Shown: positions 26,526-37,109 of the stretch, in pieces
How the letters are laid out: every line of letters starts with the position of its first letter
Numbering within the stretch: the first letter of the stretch is position 1
NCBI GenBank assembly: GCA_042576125.1
Contig: JBHPCH010000002.1
Location: 1 to 60,533, forward strand
Direction of reading: 5' to 3'
Source of the DNA: Thermodesulfobacteriota bacterium
GTDB taxonomy: Bacteria; Desulfobacterota; Desulfobulbia; Desulfobulbales; BM004
Length of the DNA: 60,533 bases
Translations under genes and position numbers: made by a program
The notes under the pieces: generated by a model
What the model was told of the DNA's origin: nothing
What the model saw: the letters and a program-made list of their open reading frames with translations, nothing else
The model's database searches: none

Positions 26526-27494
26526 CTATGCAGTCAAAAAATAATAAAATATTCCTACAAGAATAATTGAACCCGTACGAAAAATCTGGTTATAGGTGAT
26601 CAGTTCCACAGCAAGTTTGGGCTGAAATATTCCTGCATAAAAAGGGAATTGATGCCGAACGGCACGCATGGGAGATGAAAGGACATTCCCTGCCAGTAAA
26701 GCCAAAACGACCTGCCGGGCTTCCAGGCTGCCATTATCCAGCAAAGCACCTGCAGCAGCCAGGCCGGCACTTATTTCTGCTGTAAGCTGCAGGACAACCA
26801 CTCCCAGGCTTTGTGGATGCAGCCAGGCAAGAAGTTTCACATGTTGCGCCAACCCTTCTTCCAAAAGCGTGAACAGACCAAAACGATTTAATATAAACAC
26901 AGCGGTATAGACCGGTATGGTAATCAAAAGTATTTTTTTAATCCTTTTTTGAAAGCGAAGCCACGCTTTATGGAAGGCCTGGGAGAAATTGCTGACCATA
27001 TTTTCATCAAGCCTGCAGGTGATACAGTGCTCTTTATTGTCTGGAAGCAGAATCCTTCCGACAACCATTATACAGATCGTACGCAGAAACGCGGCAAATA
27101 GGGTCAAGCCGACATAAATGAAAGCCACTCCTTTTAACATGGGTACAGCAAGGAAAAACAGCGTCGGAAGATGCAGAAAATAGGTAGGCAGACTGTTAAA
27201 AAGATTGGCGAAAATGAGCTCCTGCCTGCTGATCTTTCCCTGTTCATATGCTTCTGAAAGCATGGTGTTTGCAGTTACTGCAGAGAAAAAAGCCATGGAA
27301 AAACTGGCACCGGTTATATCTGACAAATGAGCCCTGCGTACCAGTGGAGAAGCAATTCTGGCAACTCTGTGGGTCCAGTTGAGGGACTCGATGAGGTTAC
27401 CGATCAGCAGGCCAAGACTGATAAAAAAAATCAACCTCAGAAGAGGCCGACCTAACCCATGCCAGAGCATGATAAATATTTCCGGCTGCTCCAT
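26526..27494 (-). CDS. membrane protein with nucleoside-recognition (Gate) type domains
   Basis: 322-aa polytopic protein whose sequence is reminiscent of FeoB-C/Gate-domain membrane proteins. The assignment is tentative. Confidence 0.45.
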   Translation of the reverse strand: MEQPEIFIMLWHGLGRPLLRLIFFISLGLLIGNLIESLNWTHRVARIASPLVRRAHLSDITGASFSMAFFSAVTANTMLSEAYEQGKISRQELIFANLFNSLPTYFLHLPTLFFLAVPMLKGVAFIYVGLTLFAAFLRTICIMVVGRILLPDNKEHCITCRLDENMVSNFSQAFHKAWLRFQKRIKKILLITIPVYTAVFILNRFGLFTLLEEGLAQHVKLLAWLHPQSLGVVVLQLTAEISAGLAAAGALLDNGSLEARQVVLALLAGNVLSSPMRAVRHQFPFYAGIFQPKLAVELITYNQIFRTGSIILVGIFYYFLTA

Positions 27495-27830
27495 TATTTT
27501 CTCTTTAGAAGGTCACTGTTTTAAGGGCAATAGCAATTGTTTACGTTTGTATGAAAAGCAAAACAAGCCCTGTTGAAAATAAAATTTATTATTTTTCTCT
27601 CCTGCAGCAAATATGGCAACATACTTGAAACACTCGATATTGTTGCACAATACAACTATTGACATTACAACTCAATACATTCAACATAAATAAAGAACCT
27701 TGAATTCCTTTCCTCTTTTATGATAGCCTCTTGCACATTTTAGGGCTGAAAAATTCAAAAATTCACTGCAAAAGCAAGCAGAAAATTAAGAATATAGACT
27801 ACTAATTTACTTTGAAGTGAGCGCTTAATA

Positions 27831-30107
27831 ATGTCTAAATCATTAATTATTGTAGAGTCACCTGCTAAAGCCAGAACCCTTAAAAAGTATCTTGGCAAGG
27901 ATTATGATGTCAGAGCGTCTGTCGGTCATATCAGAGACCTGCCGGTCAGCGAACTGGGTGTTGATGTTAAAAATAATTTTGCTCCCCATTATGTTACAAT
28001 CAAGGGCAAGGGCAAGATTATCAGTGACCTGAAAAAAGCAGCGCAAAAAGCTGACGATATCTATCTTGCTCCGGACCCTGACCGCGAAGGAGAAGCCATT
28101 GCCTGGCACATTGCCCATATTTTAAAATCTGCAAAAAAACCTGTCCACAGGGCTCTGTTCCATGAACTTACCAAGAAAGCGATTCGCGCTGCCATAGAAA
28201 ACTCCACAAGTATTGACCAGAATAAATTCCAGGCACAGCAGGCACGCCGCATTCTTGACAGGCTGGTGGGTTACCAGATTTCCCCCCTGCTCTGGGAAAA
28301 GGTAAGAAGAGGCCTGTCTGCAGGCCGGGTGCAATCCGTTGCTGTCAGGATGATCTGCGACCGCGAGCATGAAATAGAGCAATTTCAATCAGTGGAATAC
28401 TGGACTATCAGTGAGAATCTTGAAGGAGAAAACCCTCCCCGATTCATTGCCAAGCTTGATAAGATTTCCGGACGCAAGGCCAAGGTGGAAAACGAGCAGC
28501 AGGCAACGGAAATTGTCTCGGTCCTGAAAAAGGCTGAACATACTGTAAGTGCAGTTGAAAAAAAAGAACGCAAGCGTCATCCGAGCCCCCCTTTTATTAC
28601 CAGTACAATGCAGCAGGATGCCAACAGGAAATTTCGCTTCCCGGCCAAAAGGACAATGGGGCTGGCCCAAAAGCTTTACGAAGGAATTGAGTTGGGCGAC
28701 AAAGGTCCTGTTGGATTAATTACCTACATGCGTACGGACTCAACCCGTATAAATAATGAAGCCCTTTCCGAAGTCCGGGACTTCATCACACAGAGTTACG
28801 GCAACGACTTTCTGCCTGCAAAACCTGTATTCTATAAAACATCTAAGTCCTCACAGGACGCTCATGAGGCGATACGGCCTACCGATGTCACCCTAACACC
28901 TGAGAAAGTCGCGCCCTATCTAGAAAAAGGACTGCTCAAACTTTATACGTTGATCTGGAAACGGTTTGTTGCTTCCCAGATGTGTCCGGCCATATTTGAT
29001 CAGACTACTGTTTCCATCAAGGCTGACAAGTACCTGCTCAAAACCCAGGGTGCTATCCTGCGCTTTAAGGGGTTTATGACCCTTTACGTTGAATCTGCGG
29101 GTGACGAAAACGGCGAAGCCAATGGCAAACCGGAAAAAGCGGACAAGGGAAGCGCCATTATTCCTGATGTTGCAACCGGCGACTTATTAAAAGCACTAAC
29201 CGTTGATCCTAAACAAAACTTTACCCAACCCCCGCCAAGATATACAGAAGCTACACTGGTCAAGGCCCTTGAAGAGAACGGGGTTGGACGCCCAAGCACC
29301 TATGCTGCCATCATATCAACTATTCTGGACAAAGAATACGTCATGCAGCAACAGAGAAAATTCATGCCGACTGACCTGGGAAATCTGGTCAATGAACTTT
29401 TGGTAGCTCACTTTCCTGCAATAATGAACATTGAATTTACCGCTTCCATGGAAGAAAGTTTAGACAAGGTTGAAGAGGGGAAGAGTAATTGGGTCAAACT
29501 TTTACAGGTCTTTTATGACCCATTTGAGAAAACCCTTTCTGCTGCCAAGCAGGACATGAAATCTGTAAAAAAACAAGGTATTCCAACAGGCCTCCCCTGT
29601 AAACTCTGTGACGGTAAGCTGGTTATTAAATGGGGTAAAACAGGTGAGTTCCTTGCTTGTGAAAATTACCCGACATGTAAATTTACGCAGAATTTCAAAA
29701 AGGATGAAAACGGCACAGTCATACCCATTGAAAAAGAGAAGCCTGTTGATTCAGGAGAAAAATGTGAAAAATGCGGCAAACCCATGGTTTATAAACATGG
29801 CCGTTATGGAAAATTCCTGGCCTGCTCAGGATATCCGGAGTGCAAGCATATACAGGCCGAGACAACAGGTGTAAAATGCCCTGAGGAAAACTGTGAGGGA
29901 GAACTTGTCCAGAAGATTTCCAAAAGGGGTAAGGTATTCTTTAGCTGCAGCACATTTCCAAAATGTAAATTTGCCACTTGGGATAAGCCGATACCCAAAG
30001 AATGCCCGCAATGTGGTAAACCGTTTCTTCTGGAAAAAAAGACAAAAGAGGGAACTGTTCTACAATGCATTGATAATACTTGCGGTTATTCAGAGCCTTT
30101 GGCATAA
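27831..30107 (+). CDS. topA: DNA topoisomerase I
   Basis: 758 aa with TOPRIM N-terminus (LIIVESPAKARTLKKYLG...ASVGHIRDL...DPDREGEAIAWH), catalytic region (ITYMRTDS) and C-terminal Cys4 zinc ribbons. Confidence 0.97.
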   Translation: MSKSLIIVESPAKARTLKKYLGKDYDVRASVGHIRDLPVSELGVDVKNNFAPHYVTIKGKGKIISDLKKAAQKADDIYLAPDPDREGEAIAWHIAHILKSAKKPVHRALFHELTKKAIRAAIENSTSIDQNKFQAQQARRILDRLVGYQISPLLWEKVRRGLSAGRVQSVAVRMICDREHEIEQFQSVEYWTISENLEGENPPRFIAKLDKISGRKAKVENEQQATEIVSVLKKAEHTVSAVEKKERKRHPSPPFITSTMQQDANRKFRFPAKRTMGLAQKLYEGIELGDKGPVGLITYMRTDSTRINNEALSEVRDFITQSYGNDFLPAKPVFYKTSKSSQDAHEAIRPTDVTLTPEKVAPYLEKGLLKLYTLIWKRFVASQMCPAIFDQTTVSIKADKYLLKTQGAILRFKGFMTLYVESAGDENGEANGKPEKADKGSAIIPDVATGDLLKALTVDPKQNFTQPPPRYTEATLVKALEENGVGRPSTYAAIISTILDKEYVMQQQRKFMPTDLGNLVNELLVAHFPAIMNIEFTASMEESLDKVEEGKSNWVKLLQVFYDPFEKTLSAAKQDMKSVKKQGIPTGLPCKLCDGKLVIKWGKTGEFLACENYPTCKFTQNFKKDENGTVIPIEKEKPVDSGEKCEKCGKPMVYKHGRYGKFLACSGYPECKHIQAETTGVKCPEENCEGELVQKISKRGKVFFSCSTFPKCKFATWDKPIPKECPQCGKPFLLEKKTKEGTVLQCIDNTCGYSEPLA

Positions 30108-30180
30108 CAGTATAAAATATGGCAAGAGTGTCTCCTCTTTGACAACCCATCAAATCCTCTAATACGACAATAAAAAATCC

Positions 30181-30555
30181 ATGCAGCAAATAAAGAAAAA
30201 ACACCGTAAAAAAACAAGTTTAGAACTTGTTAAACTCTGTGTGCTTACCGCAGTAGAAAAAAAAGCTGAAGACCCGATAATTCTTGATGTCAGGAAACTC
30301 TGTTCTTTTACTGACTATTTTGTCGTAATCAGCGGTCGTTCAACCCGGCACGTTCAAGGCCTTGCAGAGGCTATCGAGTCTGAACTTCGCAGCACAAGAC
30401 TTTCCACCAGCAGGTCAGAGGGGTTGAAAGAGGGGACCTGGGTTCTGCTTGATTATAATGATGTGGTGGTTCACATCTTTTATTCTGAAACGAGAAAATT
30501 TTATGATATTGAGGGGCTTTGGCACGATGCTCCCAGAATTTCCATGGATGATTAA
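30181..30555 (+). CDS. rsfS: ribosome silencing factor RsfS
   Basis: 124 aa with the typical FTDYFVVISGRSTRHVQGLAE...WVLLDYNDVVVHIF sequence. Confidence 0.9.
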   Translation: MQQIKKKHRKKTSLELVKLCVLTAVEKKAEDPIILDVRKLCSFTDYFVVISGRSTRHVQGLAEAIESELRSTRLSTSRSEGLKEGTWVLLDYNDVVVHIFYSETRKFYDIEGLWHDAPRISMDD

Positions 30556-30567
30556 CCCCTGGCTGCA

Positions 30568-32118
30568 ATGAAACAGATACCCCCCATATTACTTGCAATT
30601 CTTGACGGCTGGGGAGCAGGTCCCCTGTCCGAGACAAATGCCATTCATGTTGCCAGGACTCCCAATATGGACCGCTGGGCAAAAAGCTTTCCCTCTACAA
30701 CCCTGCTTGCCCATAACGGTGCTGTAGGTCTCCCGGAAGGCCAGATGGGAAATTCTGAAGTCGGTCATCTCAATATCGGGGCAGGCCGAACAGTTTACCA
30801 GGATTTTACCCGGATCAACCGTGCCATTGAATCGGGTGATTTTTTTGAAAATGAAGTCCTGAAAAATACTTTTTCCACAGCCCTGAAAAATGATTCCGGG
30901 CTGCACCTCATGGGCCTTATTTCCGATGGCGGTGTCCACAGCCATATAAATCATTTACTGGCGCTCCTTGAAATGGCTGCCGCCTATGGCCTGACAAAGG
31001 TCTATATCCACGCATTCATGGATGGCAGGGACACTCCGCCCAGCAGCGGGAAGAATTATATAAGCCGATTGCAGAAAGAACTCTCCAGAATTGGCATAGG
31101 GCGTCTGGCATCAATCTCAGGCCGCTATTTTGCCATGGACCGGGATAAACGCTGGAACAGAGTTGAGATAGCCTGGCAGGCCCTTGTAGACGGCCGGGGT
31201 ATTAAAGCTGATGATCCGGTTCAGGCTGTACAGGATGCATATGACCGGGGGGAAACCGATGAGTTCATCCGACCGATCATCCTGCTCGAAAAACACGGCA
31301 ACCCCGTTGCAACGGTCAAGGATAATGATAGTGTCCTGATGTTCAACTTCAGGGCCGACCGCGTCCGTGAACTGACCCATGTTTTCACCGACGATGAATG
31401 GCAGGAGTTTACCTTGGAAAAAAGGCCGAAGTTGGCTGAATATGTTACCTTTACTCAATATGACAAACACTTCACTCTACCCGTTGCATTCCCGCCCGTC
31501 AGCATGGAGCACCTACTGGCAGAGGAAATCAGCAGTCATGGCCTCAGGCAGCTTCGCATAGCTGAAACGGAAAAATACGCTCATGTAACATATTTCTTTA
31601 ACGGTGGCAGGGAAGACCCATTCGAACTTGAAGACCGTATCCTTATTCCTTCTCCCCAAGAGGTTGCAACCTATGACCTGAAACCTGAAATGAGTGCCTA
31701 TCTGGTTACTGATGAACTATTGAAACGCATGGACAATGACTCCTATTCGCTCATTGTCCTCAATTTTGCCAACGGCGATATGGTTGGTCACAGCGGTATA
31801 ATGGAGGCAGCAGTCAAGGCCTGTGAAGCCGTGGATACATGCCTCGGTAAAATAGTGGACAAATTCACGGCAAAAGGTGGCATTGCTTTAATCACAGCGG
31901 ATCACGGCAATGCTGAAACCATGTGTGACCCGCTCTCCCTTTGCCCTTTTACGGCCCATTCCTCCAATCCTGTACCTTTCATTCTTGTCAGCGAACAGCA
32001 CAAGGGATGCACATTGCGAAAAGACGGCTCCCTCCGTGATATTGCCCCCACCATTCTCAGCCTGCAGGAACTTCCCATCCCCCAGGAAATGACAGGTAAA
32101 AGCCTGATTATAGACTGA
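30568..32118 (+). CDS. gpmI: 2,3-bisphosphoglycerate-independent phosphoglycerate mutase
   Basis: 516 aa with ILDGWG...GNSEVGHLNIGAGR...ADHGNAE motifs. Confidence 0.95.
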   Translation: MKQIPPILLAILDGWGAGPLSETNAIHVARTPNMDRWAKSFPSTTLLAHNGAVGLPEGQMGNSEVGHLNIGAGRTVYQDFTRINRAIESGDFFENEVLKNTFSTALKNDSGLHLMGLISDGGVHSHINHLLALLEMAAAYGLTKVYIHAFMDGRDTPPSSGKNYISRLQKELSRIGIGRLASISGRYFAMDRDKRWNRVEIAWQALVDGRGIKADDPVQAVQDAYDRGETDEFIRPIILLEKHGNPVATVKDNDSVLMFNFRADRVRELTHVFTDDEWQEFTLEKRPKLAEYVTFTQYDKHFTLPVAFPPVSMEHLLAEEISSHGLRQLRIAETEKYAHVTYFFNGGREDPFELEDRILIPSPQEVATYDLKPEMSAYLVTDELLKRMDNDSYSLIVLNFANGDMVGHSGIMEAAVKACEAVDTCLGKIVDKFTAKGGIALITADHGNAETMCDPLSLCPFTAHSSNPVPFILVSEQHKGCTLRKDGSLRDIAPTILSLQELPIPQEMTGKSLIID

Positions 32119-32248
32119 CCGTCTTCCCCCATTTTTATAAAACTTGCTTTTTAGAAGTAGATTTTGCTAAACAGAGAAGGCTCACGCCTTATATACAGAT
32201 CAGTACTTTTTTTGTAAATTTTGAACCGTGCCGCAAAGTGAGAAAATC

Positions 32249-33646
32249 ATGAAATATATCAGTACACGCGGGGGAATCTCGCCCGTCTCGTTTCAGGAAG
32301 CTGTCATGATGGGCCTGGCAACCGACGGAGGACTCCTCCTGCCGGAAGTTCTGCCGGAAGTTGATCCGAAGACTGTAAACAGCTGGGAAACACTTTCTTT
32401 CCAGCAACTGGCCGCTAAAATTTTCCACCTCTTTATCAGTGATATTCCTGCTGAACAGCTTGAAGCTCTTATCAATCGTTCCTATAGCACCTTTACCCAT
32501 CCTGAAGTTACTCCCCTGGTAAAAAAAGGCGATTTTTACATCCTGGAACTCTTCCATGGCCCTACCTTCGCCTTCAAGGACGTTGCTTTGCAGTTTCTGG
32601 GCAATATCTTTGAGCACATACTTGAAAAAACAGGGGGTATGATGAATATTGTCGGCGCGACTTCCGGCGACACCGGCAGCGCAGCTATCTATGGGGTTCG
32701 CGGCAAAGACAGAATCAATATTTTTATCCTGCATCCATACAAAAGGGTCAGCCCCATCCAGGAACTCCAGATGACAACAGTCATTGATCCTAATGTTTTC
32801 AACCTGGCAATCAAGGGCACCTTTGACGACGGACAGGGTATTGTCAAATCAATTTTCAACGATATTCCATTCAAGGATAGATACCATCTCGGTGCGGTAA
32901 ACTCCATTAACTGGGCCCGCATTCTAGCCCAGGTAGTCTATTACGTTTATTCCTGGCTTAAAATAAAAACTGCGACAGGCATTAAATCCATCGACTTTTC
33001 TGTACCAACCGGAAATTTTGGTGACATATTTGCCGGATATATTGCCAAAAAACTGCTGCCTCATGGCTCGATTCGAAAACTCATTCTGGCTACTAACGAG
33101 AACAACCTGCTAACACGTTTTGTCAACCAGGGAGATTATTCCATTTCCAGGGTAGTGGCTACCAGCAGTCCGTCCATGGATATACAGGTGGCGAGCAATT
33201 TTGAGCGCTACATGTATTATCTTTACGGCAGCGACCCTGTAAGAACAAAAAAAGATTTTGAACAGTTTGCCTTAAGCGGCAGACTCAATTTTACCGGAAA
33301 TCACCTGCAGGTTATTCAGGAAGATTTTACATCCAAAAGTGTCAATCAGGAAGAAACCCTGGACACTATCAGGCAATTTCACCAGGAGCACGATTATCTT
33401 CTCGACCCCCATACTGCTGTAGGTGTAAACGCCGCACAGGAATGTCGATCTGAAAATATACCGGTTGTCTGCCTTGCGACTGCACACCCGGCAAAATTTG
33501 GTGATGCTGTTCTGAAGGCAGTCGGTAAAGCACCGGACCTGCCTGCTGGGTTACAGGGTCTGGAAGACATGGAAAGCAGATGTGAAGTGCTTGCCCCTGA
33601 CGTCAAAACAGTACAGGATTTCATTGTCCGCCATGCTCTAACATAG
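32249..33646 (+). CDS. thrC: threonine synthase (long form)
   Basis: MKYISTRGG N-terminus and PLP-lysine region GPTFAFKDVALQ. The longest ORF starts at GTG 32228; the ATG at 32249 gives the canonical N-terminus. Confidence 0.9.
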   Translation: MKYISTRGGISPVSFQEAVMMGLATDGGLLLPEVLPEVDPKTVNSWETLSFQQLAAKIFHLFISDIPAEQLEALINRSYSTFTHPEVTPLVKKGDFYILELFHGPTFAFKDVALQFLGNIFEHILEKTGGMMNIVGATSGDTGSAAIYGVRGKDRINIFILHPYKRVSPIQELQMTTVIDPNVFNLAIKGTFDDGQGIVKSIFNDIPFKDRYHLGAVNSINWARILAQVVYYVYSWLKIKTATGIKSIDFSVPTGNFGDIFAGYIAKKLLPHGSIRKLILATNENNLLTRFVNQGDYSISRVVATSSPSMDIQVASNFERYMYYLYGSDPVRTKKDFEQFALSGRLNFTGNHLQVIQEDFTSKSVNQEETLDTIRQFHQEHDYLLDPHTAVGVNAAQECRSENIPVVCLATAHPAKFGDAVLKAVGKAPDLPAGLQGLEDMESRCEVLAPDVKTVQDFIVRHALT

Positions 33647-33718
33647 ACACTGAAAGATATTTTAGGGGGTATGGAGCATCGGAGTTGCACAATCCATATC
33701 AACGAAGGAAGAAAATCA

Positions 33719-34552
33719 ATGATATCCATTGAGGATTACATAAATAAAGTTGATGAGACAGTCAGCTTTCTGAAGAAAGAAATTCAGCGGAAACCTTCAG
33801 TTGTAATCATTCTCGGCACCGGACTCGGTGCTCTTGTTGACTCCATTATGGTTGATTCCATTATACCCTATGAACAGATTCCCCACTTCCCCAAATCCAC
33901 AGTAAAGGGCCACAGGGGCAATCTTATTTTTGGAAAACTACAGAATAAGAATGTGGTTGTGCTGCAGGGACGATTTCATTTTTACGAGGGATATTCGACC
34001 CGTGAGTTGACTTTCCCTCTCAGGACACTTTCACTGCTCGGTGCAGAAACTCTTGTAGTCACTAATGCTGCAGGAGGCCTTAATCCTGCTTTTTCTCCTG
34101 GCACTATCATGGTAATAAACGATCATCTCAACTTCCTGGGGGAAAACCCTCTCCGGGGTAAAAATGTTGATGCATGGGGACCCCGTTTTCCCGATCTTTC
34201 AGAGCCCTATGACAGAAAACTTATAGCTACGACACTGCAATGTGCTGAAAATATCAAGCTGAAAAATGTCACCACAGGAGTTTATGTCGCCATTCCAGGT
34301 CCCAGCCTTGAAACACCTGCTGAAACCAGATTTCTCAGAAATGCAGGTGCTGATGCAGTCGGCATGTCATCCGTACCTGAAGTCATTGTGGCTAAACATG
34401 CCGGCATGAAAATCCTGGGGCTTTCTGCGGTTGCCAATGCTAATGATCCCGACAATTTCGCCCCCATTCTCCTGGATGACATCATAAAAGCTGCGCAGGA
34501 AATTGAACCGGCCCTGCAGGAACTGATCACACAGGTTTTAAGCACTCTATAA
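33719..34552 (+). CDS. purine nucleoside phosphorylase (PunA/trimeric PNP family)
   Basis: ILGTGLG...STVKGHRGNL..GRFHFYEGY...VTNAAGGLN...GPSLETPAE...GADAVGMS motifs. The ATG at 33719 has an AAGGAAG SD; the longest ORF starts at 33671. Confidence 0.85.
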   Translation: MISIEDYINKVDETVSFLKKEIQRKPSVVIILGTGLGALVDSIMVDSIIPYEQIPHFPKSTVKGHRGNLIFGKLQNKNVVVLQGRFHFYEGYSTRELTFPLRTLSLLGAETLVVTNAAGGLNPAFSPGTIMVINDHLNFLGENPLRGKNVDAWGPRFPDLSEPYDRKLIATTLQCAENIKLKNVTTGVYVAIPGPSLETPAETRFLRNAGADAVGMSSVPEVIVAKHAGMKILGLSAVANANDPDNFAPILLDDIIKAAQEIEPALQELITQVLSTL

Positions 34553-34907
34553 GCATAAGAGAAGAAGCCATGACTCAGGTTGAACATACTGCTGCTCTTT
34601 TCTGGTCACCGGAATTTTTTCTACCTGCAGAACAGAGACAAAACCATTGACGCAAAATCTCCCCTCCCAAAGATAATAAAAATGGTTCAAAAATTAATAA
34701 AATGTATGGAGGAATCGCTTGTTACCGTTTCCATTTTGCACGCAAAAAATGCATTTACTGTTCAGCTGAGGGAATAAAATAAATTTGCAAGGATCATTTT
34801 TTCAGGTAAGCTATATATAATTAAATAGCGAGAATGAGAGCAGAGTGGTAAAGAGTTCCATTCTGTTGTTTTATTTAAAATCATATTTGAAACAATGAGG
34901 TAGCTTC

Positions 34908-35087
34908 ATGTTCGGACTTGGAATGCCGGAACTTATTATTATTCTGGTTATAATTGTCATTATCTTTGGTGCCGGCAAACTGCCGGAGATAGGCAGCGGC
35001 CTTGGCAAAGGCATTAAGAATTTCAAAAAAGCAACAAAAGACGAAGAAAAAGAAAAAATCGAAACAGAAACAAAAGAAGACGATTAA
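34908..35087 (+). CDS. tatA: twin-arginine translocase subunit TatA/E (copy 1)
   Basis: 59 aa, below the ORF-track cut-off: [59 protein letters not shown]. Canonical TatA TM plus amphipathic helix. Confidence 0.85.
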   Translation: MFGLGMPELIIILVIIVIIFGAGKLPEIGSGLGKGIKNFKKATKDEEKEKIETETKEDD

Positions 35088-35177
35088 TCCTGAAAAAAAA
35101 TAATATAATTTTATGCAGACAATCAGCTGCATCAAGCTTTAATCTAAGTTTGATTTATTTATAACAAGGAGTCGATT

Positions 35178-35429
35178 ATGTTTGGCTTAGGAACCCCTGA
35201 ACTTATAGTTATTCTTGGTATTGCCTTCCTGGTTTTCGGTGGCAAAAAACTTCCTGAAATAGGTGCCGGTCTAGGAAAAGGCATCAAATCTTTTAAAAGT
35301 GGTTTAAGCGATGTTGAGAGTGCCGGCAAAAACCTGGTTGAGGAAAATGTACCCGGTTTAAAAGAGGTGAACTCCATCAAAGAAAAGGTTGATCAGGCAA
35401 AAAATATCGGAAATGTCCTGAAGTCCTAA
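35178..35429 (+). CDS. tatA: twin-arginine translocase subunit TatA/E (copy 2)
   Basis: 83 aa with [48 protein letters not shown] followed by a longer acidic/amphipathic tail. Confidence 0.85.
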   Translation: MFGLGTPELIVILGIAFLVFGGKKLPEIGAGLGKGIKSFKSGLSDVESAGKNLVEENVPGLKEVNSIKEKVDQAKNIGNVLKS

Positions 35430-35581
35430 CAAAAGTTTCAGATAGGGGGATTACCCGCCTAAATAACAATATTCTAATAGGGTATTTATAAAAATTAGAA
35501 GTTTTGTTTTCAGGTAAAGCGGAGGGCTTTGAAAAGACCGACAACACAGAATGAGAGCGAAATTACAATTTATAAAATGCC

Positions 35582-36880
35582 CTATAACTCACGCTTGTCA
35601 ATAACCCGCTGACCCTTGCCCTCGAATCGCTCGAGGGTTTTTTCTTCCACCAGTTTTACATCAACGGAAACTCCGAGTTCTGAGGCCAGCCGCTTCTTTA
35701 TTTTATCTACCAGTTGCCGCTGTTTTTTCATTTCATCAAAGAAAAGGGATTCAATAACTTCGACAAGAACAGTTGCTTTATCCTGGTGGTTTTCCCGCTC
35801 TACCACAATACGATAATGGGGTTCAGTCCCCTCAATTTCAAAAAGTACATTTTCAATCTGGGTGGGGAATACATTAACCCCTTTGATAATGAGCATATCA
35901 TCGGTGCGGCCCAGAATCCTGGTCATGCGGTAATTTGTTCTGCCGCAGGCACAGGGTTCGGTTATCAACCTTGTCAGGTCACGTGTTCTATAACGGATAA
36001 CAGGAAAAGCCTCCTTGGTCAGGGTGGTAACAACAAGTTCTCCAACCTCTCCGGGCTGAACCGGCTCCAGGGTTTCCGGGTGGATTACTTCAACCAGAAA
36101 ATGATCTTCATTAATATGCAGCCCGTTGCACTCCAGACATTCACCGGCTACCCCGGGGCCCATTACTTCACTTAAGCCGTAATTGTCTGTTGCCCTGATA
36201 TTGAGCTTATTATTAATTTCAGTGCGCATCGCCTCAGACCAGGGTTCTGCCCCGAACAAACCGAATTTTAAAGAAAGAGCGTTGACGTTAATTCCCATGT
36301 CCAGCATAGTGTCGGCAATCATCAGGGCGTAACTTGGAGTACAAACCAGGGCCGTGGTTTTAAAATCCTGCATTATCTGGATCTGGCGTTTAGTATTGCC
36401 GCTTGAGATAGGAATAACTGAGGCACCTAATCGCTCAGCTCCATAATGAAGACCGAATCCTCCTGTAAACAAGCCATAACCAAAGGCTATCTGGATCACA
36501 TCATCCTTGGTAAGGCCGGCAGCAGTAAGAATTCTGGCTACAAGGTTGGACCAGTTCTTGATGTCATTGCGGGTATAGCCCACTACTGTTGCCATCCCGG
36601 TAGTTCCCGAAGAAGAATGTATCCTGACTACATCCCTCAGAGGTACTGCGAAAAGGCCATACGGATAATTCTGACGTAAATCATCTTTTACAGTAAAAGG
36701 CAGGCTGCTTAATTCGCTGAGAGAGCGAAATCCGTCGGGATCAAGATTTATCTCTTTAAACCTTTTCCTGTAGAAAGGAACATGGGTGGCCACCCTGTAA
36801 ATCGTTGACTGCAGCCTCTCAAGCTGTAACTGCTCCAGATCTTCCCTTGCCATGCACTCTTTGTCTTCTTCCCAGTACAT
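35582..36880 (-). CDS. paaK: phenylacetate-CoA ligase family (PaaK-like adenylate-forming enzyme), copy 1
   Basis: Aligns by eye along its length with the second copy at 42570-43871 (MYWEEDKE.../MIWNEKFE..., [22 protein letters not shown]). The ATG at 36880 is chosen by alignment; the longest ORF starts at 36895. Confidence 0.85.
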   Translation of the reverse strand: MYWEEDKECMAREDLEQLQLERLQSTIYRVATHVPFYRKRFKEINLDPDGFRSLSELSSLPFTVKDDLRQNYPYGLFAVPLRDVVRIHSSSGTTGMATVVGYTRNDIKNWSNLVARILTAAGLTKDDVIQIAFGYGLFTGGFGLHYGAERLGASVIPISSGNTKRQIQIMQDFKTTALVCTPSYALMIADTMLDMGINVNALSLKFGLFGAEPWSEAMRTEINNKLNIRATDNYGLSEVMGPGVAGECLECNGLHINEDHFLVEVIHPETLEPVQPGEVGELVVTTLTKEAFPVIRYRTRDLTRLITEPCACGRTNYRMTRILGRTDDMLIIKGVNVFPTQIENVLFEIEGTEPHYRIVVERENHQDKATVLVEVIESLFFDEMKKQRQLVDKIKKRLASELGVSVDVKLVEEKTLERFEGKGQRVIDKREL

Positions 36881-37109
36881 ATTAGCACCTATCATTTGTG
36901 GTCAGTTATCAGAAAAATTTTCCCCTTCAGTTTCCTAATAAGTATATTTTCGAAGCTAAATATTAAATCGTCAATAAAAGACATCTACGATGACATAGAA
37001 AAAGTTCCAGATACAAGGCGTGCAAATTTTGAGGAACGAGGCGTACTACGTGTACGCCGCAGTGACAAAAAATTTAACACAACACAGTAGATGGATTTTT
37101 CTGTGTCAT

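Noticed and set aside
27614-27629. Sigma54-like TGGCAAcatacTTGAA upstream of topA.
   Set aside because: The spacing is right, but the invariant -12 GC is GA, and topA is a housekeeping gene not expected to be rpoN-dependent.
34580-34777. 65-aa plus-strand ORF in the 355-nt gap before tatA, and a possible TTGACG...GATAAT promoter.
   Set aside because: The ORF starts at TTG with no SD and has no recognisable features. The promoter-like hexamers are 19 nt apart, which is too long to assert.
34881-35135. 84-aa minus-strand ORF (FFFF/CC-rich).
   Set aside because: It is antisense to the clearly recognisable 59-aa tatA copy, and its low-complexity translation derives from the GAA/AAA-rich tatA tail.
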